Shown here: positions 39,244-47,890 of the stretch, piece by piece
Layout of the letters: each line of letters starts with the position of its first letter
Position numbering within the stretch: position 1 is the stretch's first letter
Assembly (NCBI GenBank): GCA_026195275.1
Contig: JAPHQU010000003.1
Span: 71,852 to 135,851, forward strand
Source of the DNA: Minisyncoccota bacterium
GTDB taxonomy: Bacteria > Patescibacteriota > Minisyncoccia > Phycocordibacterales > JABMNX01
Direction of reading: 5' to 3'
DNA: 64,000 nt
The notes under the pieces: model-generated
Database searches by the model: none
Seen by the model: the letters and a program-made list of their open reading frames with translations, nothing else
What the model was told of the DNA's origin: nothing
Translations under genes and position numbers: made by a program

Positions 39244-40570
39244 TATTACACAAACCCTGCTTGCGATACTCATGCTGGCATCCTTTGGTGTTGGTGCTTC
39301 GTTCGTGTCCGCACAAAGTGTGGATGAGCTTAAGGGGCAAATCACTGATTACAACACGAAGATCGCTGAGCTTGAAGCCGAGATCGCCAAGTATGAAGCA
39401 CAGCTTTCCGAGATTGGCGGAGAGAAACAAACACTTCAAAAAGCTGTTGATGAACTCCGCGTGTCCCGCAAGAAGCTTCTCACCAATATACAGATCACGC
39501 AGAACCGCATCTACTCAACCACACTCCAGATCGAGGAGTTGGGAGGCGAGATTGTCGACAAACACAGCAGAATCGAGAACGGGGCAGAGGCGGTCGCGCG
39601 TTCTCTTCGTCACATCAATGAACTTGAGTCACAGTCGATGATTGAAGCGGTACTCGGACACGATACTCTTAACGAATTCTGGGATGATCTTGAGACCATC
39701 CAACAGTTCCAAACCAGGATCGCTGCCGAGGTGCGGGAACTCATTAGGCTTAAGACGGAGCTTGAGACAACGAAGAAAGCGTCTGAGCGAAAAAAGGCTG
39801 AGCTGACGAATTACAATACCGAACTCTCAGGACAAAGAGTGGTACTCGAAGGCACGCTCTCTGAGACAAGCGTAAAGTTTAAGAGAACCGCACAAAAAGA
39901 GTCCGAGTACCAAGCGCTTCTCAATGAGAAAATAGAAGCTCGCGAGAAATTTGAGAGCGAACTCCGCGATATCGAGTCACAGCTGCGCGTCATTATCGAC
40001 CCGAGTAGCATCCCACCAATCGGCGCTGGGGTGCTTCGCTGGCCGTTTAGTGAATCATATATGTCAAAGTGTCCTTCGTATGAAGGTTACCTTGGCAATA
40101 TCTATTGTATTACCCAGTACTTTGGCAACACGCCATTTGCATCAAAGAACCCACAAGTCTACAACGGAGGAGGACACAGCGGTGTCGACTTCCGCGCCTC
40201 AACCGGAACCAAGGTACAAGCAGCACTCGCCGGTACTGTCGTTGAAACCGGAGACACCGACCTACAACGCGGTTGTTATTCATATGGAAAATGGGTCCTT
40301 ATTAAACACAACAACGGACTCTCGACACTCTACGCACACCTCTCACACATCTCCGTGCGTGCGGGAAAAGGAGTCGGAACTGGAGAAGTGATTGGCTTTA
40401 GCGGAAACACCGGTTACTCAACCGGCCCACACCTCCACTTTAGTGTCTTTGCGAGTCAGGGTGTCCAAGTAGTACGCCTCGGAGACGTGAAGAAAATCAC
40501 CAACTGTAGTGATGCACGCATACCAGTTGCGCCACATGACGCGTATCTTAATCCGCTTTCATATCTCTAG
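39227..40570 (+). CDS. Secreted coiled-coil M23 peptidoglycan endopeptidase
   Basis: Signal peptide, long coiled coil, HSGVD, YAHL, STGPHLH. Confidence 0.9.
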   Translation: MKIDFNITQTLLAILMLASFGVGASFVSAQSVDELKGQITDYNTKIAELEAEIAKYEAQLSEIGGEKQTLQKAVDELRVSRKKLLTNIQITQNRIYSTTLQIEELGGEIVDKHSRIENGAEAVARSLRHINELESQSMIEAVLGHDTLNEFWDDLETIQQFQTRIAAEVRELIRLKTELETTKKASERKKAELTNYNTELSGQRVVLEGTLSETSVKFKRTAQKESEYQALLNEKIEAREKFESELRDIESQLRVIIDPSSIPPIGAGVLRWPFSESYMSKCPSYEGYLGNIYCITQYFGNTPFASKNPQVYNGGGHSGVDFRASTGTKVQAALAGTVVETGDTDLQRGCYSYGKWVLIKHNNGLSTLYAHLSHISVRAGKGVGTGEVIGFSGNTGYSTGPHLHFSVFASQGVQVVRLGDVKKITNCSDARIPVAPHDAYLNPLSYL

Positions 40571-40668
40571 GGTTTGACCTGTGGAATACTTTGTTGTGCT
40601 TCAACACCCTGGATGGGAGAATTAGTATAGGTCGTATTTATACGTTTCTACAAAGTACATATAGCTAT

Positions 40669-40893
40669 ATGGATATGCTCAATAAAGCTGCGTGGCTTCT
40701 CGTCGTCATTGGCGCACTCAACTGGCTCCTCTTCGCTCTTACCGGAGCTGATGTTGGATCATGGGTTGGTGGCATGGACGGAACCATTGCAAAAGTCATC
40801 TACATCCTCGTAGGACTCTCAGGAGTATGGATGATCGTCTCAAAATTCATGGGAGGCGGATCAGACATGAATACGGGTGGTCAGCAGATGTAA
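40669..40893 (+). CDS. DUF378-like small membrane protein
   Basis: LVVIGALNW..IYILVGLSG. Confidence 0.8.
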   Translation: MDMLNKAAWLLVVIGALNWLLFALTGADVGSWVGGMDGTIAKVIYILVGLSGVWMIVSKFMGGGSDMNTGGQQM

Positions 40894-40911
40894 TCTCCAC
40901 TACCATTCACT

Positions 40912-40941
40912 CAAAACACCCCGCATCAGCGGGGTGTTTTG
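40912..40941. terminator. Bidirectional intrinsic terminator
   Basis: CAAAACACCCCGC-ATCA-GCGGGGTGTTTTG between convergent genes. Confidence 0.7.
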
Positions 40942-41006
40942 TTTGTAAAAAGAAAACCCACCCACAGAATTACTGGGGTGGGGTAGAGAGAGGTCATCTC
41001 TTTTGT

Positions 41007-41309
41007 TTAGTTACCATCCATGAACACAGGACTGGGGAAGTGAAAAGTCCGCGGCTCAGTCTTCTCTTCTTCTGAGAGCGGAGTCACCGTAAAGCTGGTC
41101 AACACTCTTACATCAGGGAGCTTTACGGACGCATCAGAGTCTGTCAGATCCGCATAGAATTGCGAGGCGGGAATGAATTTATAGTGCCGCTCCACCAGAG
41201 CCTCTTCCTTCATATCGCCCTCCAAGGCAGCAAGCATCTGGAGAAGAAGCCACGTTGGGTCTATGGGTTGTTCTTCCGTGACACTCGATATTTTCTCTTT
41301 TTCAGCCAT
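41007..41309 (-). CDS. Hypothetical acidic protein (ORFan-like)
   Basis: 100 aa from an ATG preceded by GAGGAGG. Confidence 0.55.
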   Translation of the reverse strand: MAEKEKISSVTEEQPIDPTWLLLQMLAALEGDMKEEALVERHYKFIPASQFYADLTDSDASVKLPDVRVLTSFTVTPLSEEEKTEPRTFHFPSPVFMDGN

Positions 41310-41692
41310 AACACCGGCCTCCTCTAGGTCAAAAGCACTTCTAGAACAACTAAACACTAATGGGACAGGGGAGTCAACAGGTAGAAAGAAAAATCCCACA
41401 ACAGGTGTGAATCGAGAATGCAATCTTCAGGAAGCAAATCGCGGATGTAAGGAAAGTCAATAAAAAGAAAAATCCTATATAAACCTATATAAAGCTGTAA
41501 GGACTCTGTTGATGCGGAGTTTTTTCTTATTCCTTATCAGATGTACTTTTATAGTAGTTTATTAGAGCGCAAAAGATATATTGTGCGACACTTAGGTAAT
41601 TTAAATATATCCACAGATAAAGGATCTCTGCTCTTCTCCCCTTGTAATAAATTGCCTACACTAAAGATATTACCCCCCTATTAATAAATGGC

Positions 41693-42082
41693 ATGAAAGT
41701 ATTAACTACACTAGTCCCTTGGGCACCACTTGTTGCACGTGTACTCGTCGGCGGTATGTTTGTTATGTCTGGAATGGACAAAGTTACGAACTTTACTGCA
41801 GTAGTCGCCTTTGCCGGTTCAGCCGGTCTCCCCTCACCCGGCGTGGCTGTTGCCATTGCAATTGCGGTTGAGGTCCTCGCCGGACTCTCGGTGCTCCTCG
41901 GGTATCGGATTTTCTGGGGCGCAGTGGCGCTTGCCGTGTTTACCGTAATTGTCTCATTCGTCTTTCATGGAGACTTCACCGACCAGATGCAGCAGATCAT
42001 CTTCACCAAGAATATGGGTATTGTCGCGACGCTCCTTTATATGATGCGCTTTGGCTCCGGCAAACTCTCAATTGAGAAGTAA
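41693..42082 (+). CDS. DoxX family membrane protein
   Basis: ARVLVGGMFVMSG..K, AVEVLAG, KN..I..G. Confidence 0.88.
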   Translation: MKVLTTLVPWAPLVARVLVGGMFVMSGMDKVTNFTAVVAFAGSAGLPSPGVAVAIAIAVEVLAGLSVLLGYRIFWGAVALAVFTVIVSFVFHGDFTDQMQQIIFTKNMGIVATLLYMMRFGSGKLSIEK

Positions 42083-42099
42083 TCCCCTTTCCACAAGAC

Positions 42100-42137
42100 A
42101 AATACAAAACCGCCCCTCTCGGGGCGGTTTTGTATTT
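42100..42137. terminator. Bidirectional intrinsic terminator
   Basis: AAATACAAAACCGCCCC-TCTC-GGGGCGGTTTTGTATTT between convergent genes. Confidence 0.8.
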
Positions 42138-42141
42138 CTTT

Positions 42142-42561
42142 TTATCGGGCGAGTGCGAGCGTCTGAGTGCCCCAACATTTCTTTGAGTACTTCCAAGGCT
42201 TAAGCCCCATGGTCTCATAAAGGTGTCGTGCATATTCAAGATTACCCTCCAGTGTGTAGAGGTCAATGCCCATCTCGAGCGCATCATGTAGATGGTACTG
42301 CTCGTTGATTTGCATCACCCCGACATCGCGCCGGTTTTCCTCACCGCGGAGAGTGTTCCCGTCTTCGTCATACTGACGAAAACGAGACTCACATTGCGCA
42401 ACTTCCGCCATCTCCGGAATATCTGAGAAGTATACGCGAACGTACTGCTCAACATATGCTGAAGACTTCTTAAGTGACGCTATCTCCCCTGCCTGAACCG
42501 CTTCCGCAGAGGAAGGGCTTGTGACTGCGGTGATCATAATTGCCAAAAGTGTAATAATCAT
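42142..42561 (-). CDS. Secreted lysozyme-like/lytic transglycosylase-fold protein
   Basis: Signal peptide; VAQCES (catalytic Glu), GVMQIN, G..PW. Confidence 0.72.
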   Translation of the reverse strand: MIITLLAIMITAVTSPSSAEAVQAGEIASLKKSSAYVEQYVRVYFSDIPEMAEVAQCESRFRQYDEDGNTLRGEENRRDVGVMQINEQYHLHDALEMGIDLYTLEGNLEYARHLYETMGLKPWKYSKKCWGTQTLALAR

Positions 42562-42643
42562 AGATTTTTTTGGTCTGGTAACTTGTCTTACACGACAAAG
42601 GCGTCATATAAAACAAAAAACTCGGCGGTGCCGAATTTCTTAA

Positions 42644-42671
42644 ATTCTAACATATTTATACCTTTTGTCAA
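42644..42671 (-). promoter_or_regulatory. Sigma-70 promoter
   Basis: TTGACA-16 nt-TAGAAT on the minus strand. Confidence 0.55.
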
Positions 42672-42720
42672 TACTCCACAATAGATCGGGGTTCGCGTCA
42701 ACCACTGACCACCGCGTGGC

Positions 42721-42831
42721 TTATATAAGCCCTCTTATGAAGTTCATGAGCGTTATCGCCGTACTGGCGACACCAGAAATTAGTGCCAACGATTGTTTAT
42801 CTTGATACCACTTTTTTGCTCGAGAAGACAT
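42721..42831 (-). CDS. Putative 36-aa small peptide
   Basis: MSSRAKKWYQDKQSLALISGVASTAITLMNFIRGLI; TATAAT 12 nt upstream. Confidence 0.4.
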   Translation of the reverse strand: MSSRAKKWYQDKQSLALISGVASTAITLMNFIRGLI

Positions 42832-42877
42832 GTTGTATGCTCAATTATATCTACGACCCTATAAGGTGTCTCTTCTG

Positions 42878-43588
42878 TTATACACACACCTTGTCCATGA
42901 TAGCCTCATACGCCTCATCCACCGAATCAACAATGGTAAAGAGGTTCATGTCACCCGGAGATATGGTCTGGTGTTTCTCCAAGAGCTCTTCCTTAAGCAA
43001 AGTCACTAATGGCGTCCAATACTCTTTACCAAAGAGAATAATCGGGATCGGCTCGATCTTTCGTGTCTGCACCAATGTGACGATCTCAAAGAATTCATCA
43101 AGTGTACCAAAACCACCGGGAAAATAGATGTATATTTCTGACGCAAATGTAAGCATTACTTTTCGTGAAAAGAAATAATGGAAATCCTTTGCTTCAGTGG
43201 TGTAGTGGTTTGCTGACTGTTCCTGCGGGAGAGAGATATTCATACCAACCGAGTGCCCGCCTGCGTCATAAGCCCCTTTGTTGGCAGCTTCCATGATGCC
43301 GGCTGCGCCACCGGTGATGATTGCGAACCCCGAACGTGAAAGCCGACCGGAAAGTTCTGTCGCTAACTGGTACTCTTCACTGTCTGGTAGGCTACGAGAA
43401 GACCCGAAGAAAGTTGCTGCTAGGTCATACTTTTCAAGTATCTTTAGTCCTTCAGTGAATTCGATAGCGATCCTTCCGACTCGCTCAGCGATAGACTCTT
43501 CTTCTCCGTTGCGCGGGTATTTCAGTCGATTGATTGCGCAGATCTTTAGCTCCTCTTCCCCTTCTCGTTTTATCTTTTTTCCATCCAT
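42878..43588 (-). CDS. LOG family (Rossmann-fold) nucleotide phosphoribohydrolase
   Basis: FFGSSR, ITGG..GIMEAAN, FFSRKVML, PGGFGTLDE. Confidence 0.9.
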   Translation of the reverse strand: MDGKKIKREGEEELKICAINRLKYPRNGEEESIAERVGRIAIEFTEGLKILEKYDLAATFFGSSRSLPDSEEYQLATELSGRLSRSGFAIITGGAAGIMEAANKGAYDAGGHSVGMNISLPQEQSANHYTTEAKDFHYFFSRKVMLTFASEIYIYFPGGFGTLDEFFEIVTLVQTRKIEPIPIILFGKEYWTPLVTLLKEELLEKHQTISPGDMNLFTIVDSVDEAYEAIMDKVCV

Positions 43589-43636
43589 AGTTCTTATGCT
43601 AATTTCATCCTATTGTACCTCATATTCTACTGTGTA

Positions 43637-44230
43637 TCACCCGTTGAGCCACGGAATATCGAAACTCTCAAACTGTGGGAGGAGCTTCTTGTCGTAAAGC
43701 AGACGTGAGGCGACCTCCGCATGCAAAAGTGCATCCTCGAGGGCGTTATGTGCCCCAGCCCGCCCAGGGACCCCGACATACTGTGCAATCGTATCAAGAT
43801 CGAGTGCCGAGCGATGCTTCTCCGTTGGCGGGGTAAGCCCGCGGCGCACCATGTGCATATAACAGAGTGTGTGCGTGTCGAGTGTACGGTACGCGAGCGG
43901 CCAATCGAGCTTCGCGCGCTCAGCTCCCGCCTTAATGAAGTCGCGGTCAAATGACGGGTTCTGCCCCGCGAGTGTCCGATCGTCAGTGTCCCCCACCCAC
44001 GCGAGGAACGCTCGTACAATCTCAGCTTCGGTCTTCTTGCTCGAATCGGTGACTTCCGCTTCACTGAAACCACTAACCTCAAGGGCTCCATCCATGATGT
44101 GCGCACCATCCCAGATACGACACTCGTCATAGAACTGGTTGGTGGGATTATTGAAATCGAGTGCTCCGATTGAGATAATCGAATGTTTGTGATACTCAGT
44201 TCCTGACGCTTCAATATCGAGAATGATCAT
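43637..44230 (-). CDS. DEDDh 3'-5' exonuclease
   Basis: LDIEASG, NPSFD, HNALEDA. Confidence 0.88.
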   Translation of the reverse strand: MIILDIEASGTEYHKHSIISIGALDFNNPTNQFYDECRIWDGAHIMDGALEVSGFSEAEVTDSSKKTEAEIVRAFLAWVGDTDDRTLAGQNPSFDRDFIKAGAERAKLDWPLAYRTLDTHTLCYMHMVRRGLTPPTEKHRSALDLDTIAQYVGVPGRAGAHNALEDALLHAEVASRLLYDKKLLPQFESFDIPWLNG

Positions 44231-44246
44231 AGAGATAGTTTATCAT

Positions 44247-44639
44247 CTATTCCAACCCTTCACAGTTAGACGCGGGAATATACCCTGCGGCCCGAGCAGC
44301 AGCGGCCGAGGGAAAAGTGACCTTATTCACCTCAGCAATGCGCTGCGCACCGGAACACCACGGAAAGTGGTACTTATCGCTGTTTTTTGACCCAACCACC
44401 GCCTCAGACCCGGTGATTAGGACACTTTTCGCCTCCCCCACCCCATCAGTAACTGAAGCACTCTGTATTTCAGGATCCACTATAAAAACCGGGACTTTCT
44501 CGACCTCAAGTGCTGAGAGTCGCCCAAGTCCAAAGCCGGCTGAGCCTACAAGGATCACAATAGCCACGATTACCAGATCTGCCGGTGGAAACATGAAGAA
44601 ACCCTTGATTTTTACGAGCATTTCTCGTATACTCTCCAT
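44247..44639 (-). CDS. Membrane-anchored protein with Ada metal-binding-like C-terminal domain
   Basis: [10 protein letters not shown]; [22 protein letters not shown]. Confidence 0.7.
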   Translation of the reverse strand: MESIREMLVKIKGFFMFPPADLVIVAIVILVGSAGFGLGRLSALEVEKVPVFIVDPEIQSASVTDGVGEAKSVLITGSEAVVGSKNSDKYHFPWCSGAQRIAEVNKVTFPSAAAARAAGYIPASNCEGLE

Positions 44640-44667
44640 ACTAAATAAGTATAGCAAGCAAAGAAGT

Positions 44668-44940
44668 ATGGCACATAGAAAAGCGGGTGGTACAGCAAAA
44701 AACCTGCGCGACTCAAATCCAAAATATCTTGGAACAAAACTCTACGATGGCGCGATGGCAAAGATCGGCTCTGTTATCGTGCGCCAGCGCGGCACCAAGA
44801 TCCTTCCCGGCAAGAATGTCGGACTCGGCAAGGATCACACTCTCTTTGCACTCAAAGAGGGTGTGGTGAAGTTCCGCAATCAACGCAAAATCCGCTTCGA
44901 CGGAAAGAAGCTTGTGAAAAAGGCAGTTGATGTCGTGTAA
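44668..44940 (+). CDS. rpmA: 50S ribosomal protein L27
   Basis: [24 protein letters not shown]. Confidence 0.96.
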   Translation: MAHRKAGGTAKNLRDSNPKYLGTKLYDGAMAKIGSVIVRQRGTKILPGKNVGLGKDHTLFALKEGVVKFRNQRKIRFDGKKLVKKAVDVV

Positions 44941-44959
44941 ATAAATCTCATCTCAAAAT

Positions 44960-44990
44960 AAAACCACCCGATACATATCGGGTGGTTTTT
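44960..44990. terminator. Bidirectional intrinsic terminator
   Basis: AAAACCACCCGATA-CA-TATCGGGTGGTTTT between rpmA and rplI. Confidence 0.75.
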
Positions 44991-45008
44991 GTTTTTCTTC
45001 CAGAAGAT

Positions 45009-45455
45009 CTATTCTACTGCAGTGACGACAAGTTTGAATTTTGCTGATTGGTTGCCGATAGATACGCTGATGACATGCTTCCCCGCTTCCTTGATTGGTC
45101 GATTAAGGTCGATTGACCCCTCTGGCAGCGTAATGTTTGTCTGCTTCTCTAGTTCTTTAAGTATGTCTTTCTCGGTTAAGCCTTTGAAAAGATATCCCTT
45201 TTCATTTGCCTTAACAGGAATCTCAAGCTCAAGCGACTTGAGTTCCTTAAGCTCCTTCTCAAGGAGGTCCGCCTGAATCTGCTCTTCTGCAGACTCATCT
45301 TTCTTCTGTTGCTCAATCTCCTTTATACGTTGTGGTGTTGCACGCTCTGCAAGTTGATTAGGAATTAAGAAGTTCATTGCATACCCGTCAGAAGCCTCTT
45401 TCACCTCATACTTCTTTCCGGTCCCTTTCACATCTCTGAGTAAGATAATTTTCAT
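45009..45455 (-). CDS. rplI: 50S ribosomal protein L9
   Basis: MKIILLRDVKGTGK..DGYAMNFLIP..PIKEAG. Confidence 0.94.
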   Translation of the reverse strand: MKIILLRDVKGTGKKYEVKEASDGYAMNFLIPNQLAERATPQRIKEIEQQKKDESAEEQIQADLLEKELKELKSLELEIPVKANEKGYLFKGLTEKDILKELEKQTNITLPEGSIDLNRPIKEAGKHVISVSIGNQSAKFKLVVTAVE

Positions 45456-45471
45456 AATATTTGATATACGT

Positions 45472-46719
45472 TTATAGAGAGAGTAAGAATTCAGCAGCCT
45501 CTTCAGTCTGTCGGTCCACACCGGATTCAACGTCCTTTGCGGTGAGCTCAACCACAAGGTCCGGCTCAAGACCCTCATCAGAGATCGAATTGCCATTCGG
45601 TGTAAGCCAACGCGCAACCGTGACCTTAAGAGTGGTGTCGTCAGTGATACTCACCAATTCCTGAACTGAACCTTTGCCGAACGTCTGCTCGCCAATCAGT
45701 GTCGCGACACCGTGTTCCCGAAGGGCACCAGCGAGGATTTCGGACGCCGATGCTGAACCTCCGTTAACGAGGATAACCATCTTTAGGTTGTCGTTGAATA
45801 CATCGTATCCGCGCGAGCGGTAAACGGTTGGTTTCTCATTCGGTCCGAAATTCTCCTCAACCACTACTTTGCCCACCGGCAAAAACCAGCTCGCCATATC
45901 TACCGCTATTTCAAGATAACCACCCGGGTTGCCACGCAGATCAAGCACCAGCTTGTCCGAACCAGAGAGAATAAATTCCCGAAGTGCGTCACGGAAAAGA
46001 TATTGTGACACCGCCGAGAAGTTGTAAAGCTGTATCACGAAGACTCCATCGTCGCGAAGCCCCGCACCGTCTCCTGGGTCAGTGCTGATAGTGGGGATCT
46101 GTATCACATCACGGACAACCGGTATAAAGAGAGGTCCAGGCTCTCCGTCTCGCGCTATGGTGAAGACCACCTCAGTTCCGCGTTCACCACGGATAAGCTT
46201 TACTGCCTGCTCCACAGAAAGTGCGTGCGTGTCTTTGCCATCTATCTCAATGATCCGATCTTCACTTTTGATGCCTGCGCGATATGCTGGTGTATTTTTA
46301 AGTGGCGCAACAACAGTAAGCACACCATCGCGCACCGCAATCTCCATACCCACCCCCTCGAAGTTGCCACTGATGTCTGCCTCAAATATCTCCGCGTCAG
46401 CCGGTGGGAAAAAGACTGTGTGGGGATCACCGAGTGAACTTGCGAGCCCCTGAATCATACCCCATACTCGGTCTTGGTCGCTCGCCATGTCAGTGCTCGA
46501 TGCTGAAACATACTTCTCTTCAAGAACATTCCAGGCACGCCACACCGGAGTAAAATCAACATCAGCAGGCTGTTCCGCGGATCCTGGTGAGACAACAGAG
46601 GCGACACCGGATCGCCACAGATCTTCACCAACGTACACACCAAAACCAAAGGCGCCGACAACAAGGAAAAGCGTTGAGGAGATGAGGGTGGTGCGGTTGT
46701 ATCCTTGGATAGATTTCAT
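45472..46719 (-). CDS. Carboxyl-terminal processing protease (S41A, PDZ)
   Basis: LDLRGNPGG, SASASEI, TFGKGSVQ. Confidence 0.94.
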   Translation of the reverse strand: MKSIQGYNRTTLISSTLFLVVGAFGFGVYVGEDLWRSGVASVVSPGSAEQPADVDFTPVWRAWNVLEEKYVSASSTDMASDQDRVWGMIQGLASSLGDPHTVFFPPADAEIFEADISGNFEGVGMEIAVRDGVLTVVAPLKNTPAYRAGIKSEDRIIEIDGKDTHALSVEQAVKLIRGERGTEVVFTIARDGEPGPLFIPVVRDVIQIPTISTDPGDGAGLRDDGVFVIQLYNFSAVSQYLFRDALREFILSGSDKLVLDLRGNPGGYLEIAVDMASWFLPVGKVVVEENFGPNEKPTVYRSRGYDVFNDNLKMVILVNGGSASASEILAGALREHGVATLIGEQTFGKGSVQELVSITDDTTLKVTVARWLTPNGNSISDEGLEPDLVVELTAKDVESGVDRQTEEAAEFLLSL

Positions 46720-46967
46720 AGCAGTACAAGTTGGATTATTAGCAACGCAGAGTGAGCGAAATGAGAAAGCTTTGCTTTCTCATTTCCGAGCCGAGGCACT
46801 AATATAAGATGTAGTGCTCTCATTATCGCAAAATCATCCCCCAAAATCAATCACAGGGTCTCTCGCCTCCTCGTGACCTCCTCCATCACAGGAGTGTCGC
46901 GTGTCCGGTGCATTGTCTGTGTATGGTGTCGTTGTAAGAACACGCATGAGTGGTATACAATACATAC

Positions 46968-47882
46968 ATGATATCAGTCTATAAGCACAAACATCTCACC
47001 TGGGTCGACGTTGAGTCCCCTACTTCAGATGAGGTGCGCGAACTCATGGAAACCTACAAGGTAGATCCACTGATTGCCGAAGAGCTTCTCCTCCCAACAC
47101 TCAAACCGCGAGTCGAGGTATATCCCAATTTTATCTACCTCATCCTCCACTTCCCTGCCTTTCGCCATACACACACCGGCGACCCCAACCAAGAGGTCGA
47201 TTTTATCATTGGAAAAGATTTCATCATCACCACACGCTATGACAGCATTGACCCACTACACAAATTCTCAAAGGTCTTTGAGGTAAATTCAGTCCTTGAT
47301 CGAAGCGATATTGGAGAGCACGCCGGCTACCTCTTCTTTTATATGCTCCGTAAACTCTATAAGTCTATCGAGCATGAACTTGAGTACATTACGGACTCGC
47401 TTGAAATCATCGAGGAGGATATCTTTGAAGGGAAAGAAAAAGAAATGGTGGTCGCACTTTCAAACGTGAGTCGTGACCTGCTTAACCTTAAGCAAGCGCT
47501 CAATCCGCACCATGAAGTTCTCAGTTCATTCTCTGATGCGGGGAAAGTATTCTTCGGAGAATCCTTCGGCAAGCACATCAACTCAATCATGGGTGAATAT
47601 TACCGCATAAAGAATCAAGTCTCGGTAAACCTTGATACCTTACACGAGCTCCGAGAGACAAACAATTCACTTCTCTCCACGAAACAAAACGAGGTTATGA
47701 AGGTTCTCACGATTATGGCATTCGTCACCTTCCCGCTCTCGCTCATTGCATCTATTTTTGGTATGAATACTGCGTACATCCCCATAGTTGGAGGACCGCA
47801 CGACTTCTGGATAGTGCTCAGCATCATGGGCGTTGCCACTTTCTTCATGTTTGTATTCTTTAAACGAAACCGTTGGCTGTAA
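46968..47882 (+). CDS. corA: CorA family Mg2+ transporter
   Basis: NEVMKVLT..IFGMN signature and two C-terminal TMs. Confidence 0.9.
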   Translation: MISVYKHKHLTWVDVESPTSDEVRELMETYKVDPLIAEELLLPTLKPRVEVYPNFIYLILHFPAFRHTHTGDPNQEVDFIIGKDFIITTRYDSIDPLHKFSKVFEVNSVLDRSDIGEHAGYLFFYMLRKLYKSIEHELEYITDSLEIIEEDIFEGKEKEMVVALSNVSRDLLNLKQALNPHHEVLSSFSDAGKVFFGESFGKHINSIMGEYYRIKNQVSVNLDTLHELRETNNSLLSTKQNEVMKVLTIMAFVTFPLSLIASIFGMNTAYIPIVGGPHDFWIVLSIMGVATFFMFVFFKRNRWL

Positions 47883-47890
47883 ATCCCAGT

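Noticed and set aside
41424-41690. Replication origin in the AT-rich intergenic region
   Set aside because: Only one imperfect DnaA-box-like ATATCCACA and a short CCTATATAAA tandem; no box cluster and no dnaA or dnaN nearby
37765-45617. Long N-terminal extensions in the ORF track for gltX, the M23 peptidase, rpmA and rplI
   Set aside because: Artefacts of choosing the farthest alternative start; they overlap upstream genes, and homology begins at later ATGs
46720-46967. Mg2+-sensing riboswitch upstream of corA
   Set aside because: No recognisable M-box motifs; a -10-like TACAAT 6 nt before the ATG implies almost no leader; the hairpin near 46759-46787 is unassigned
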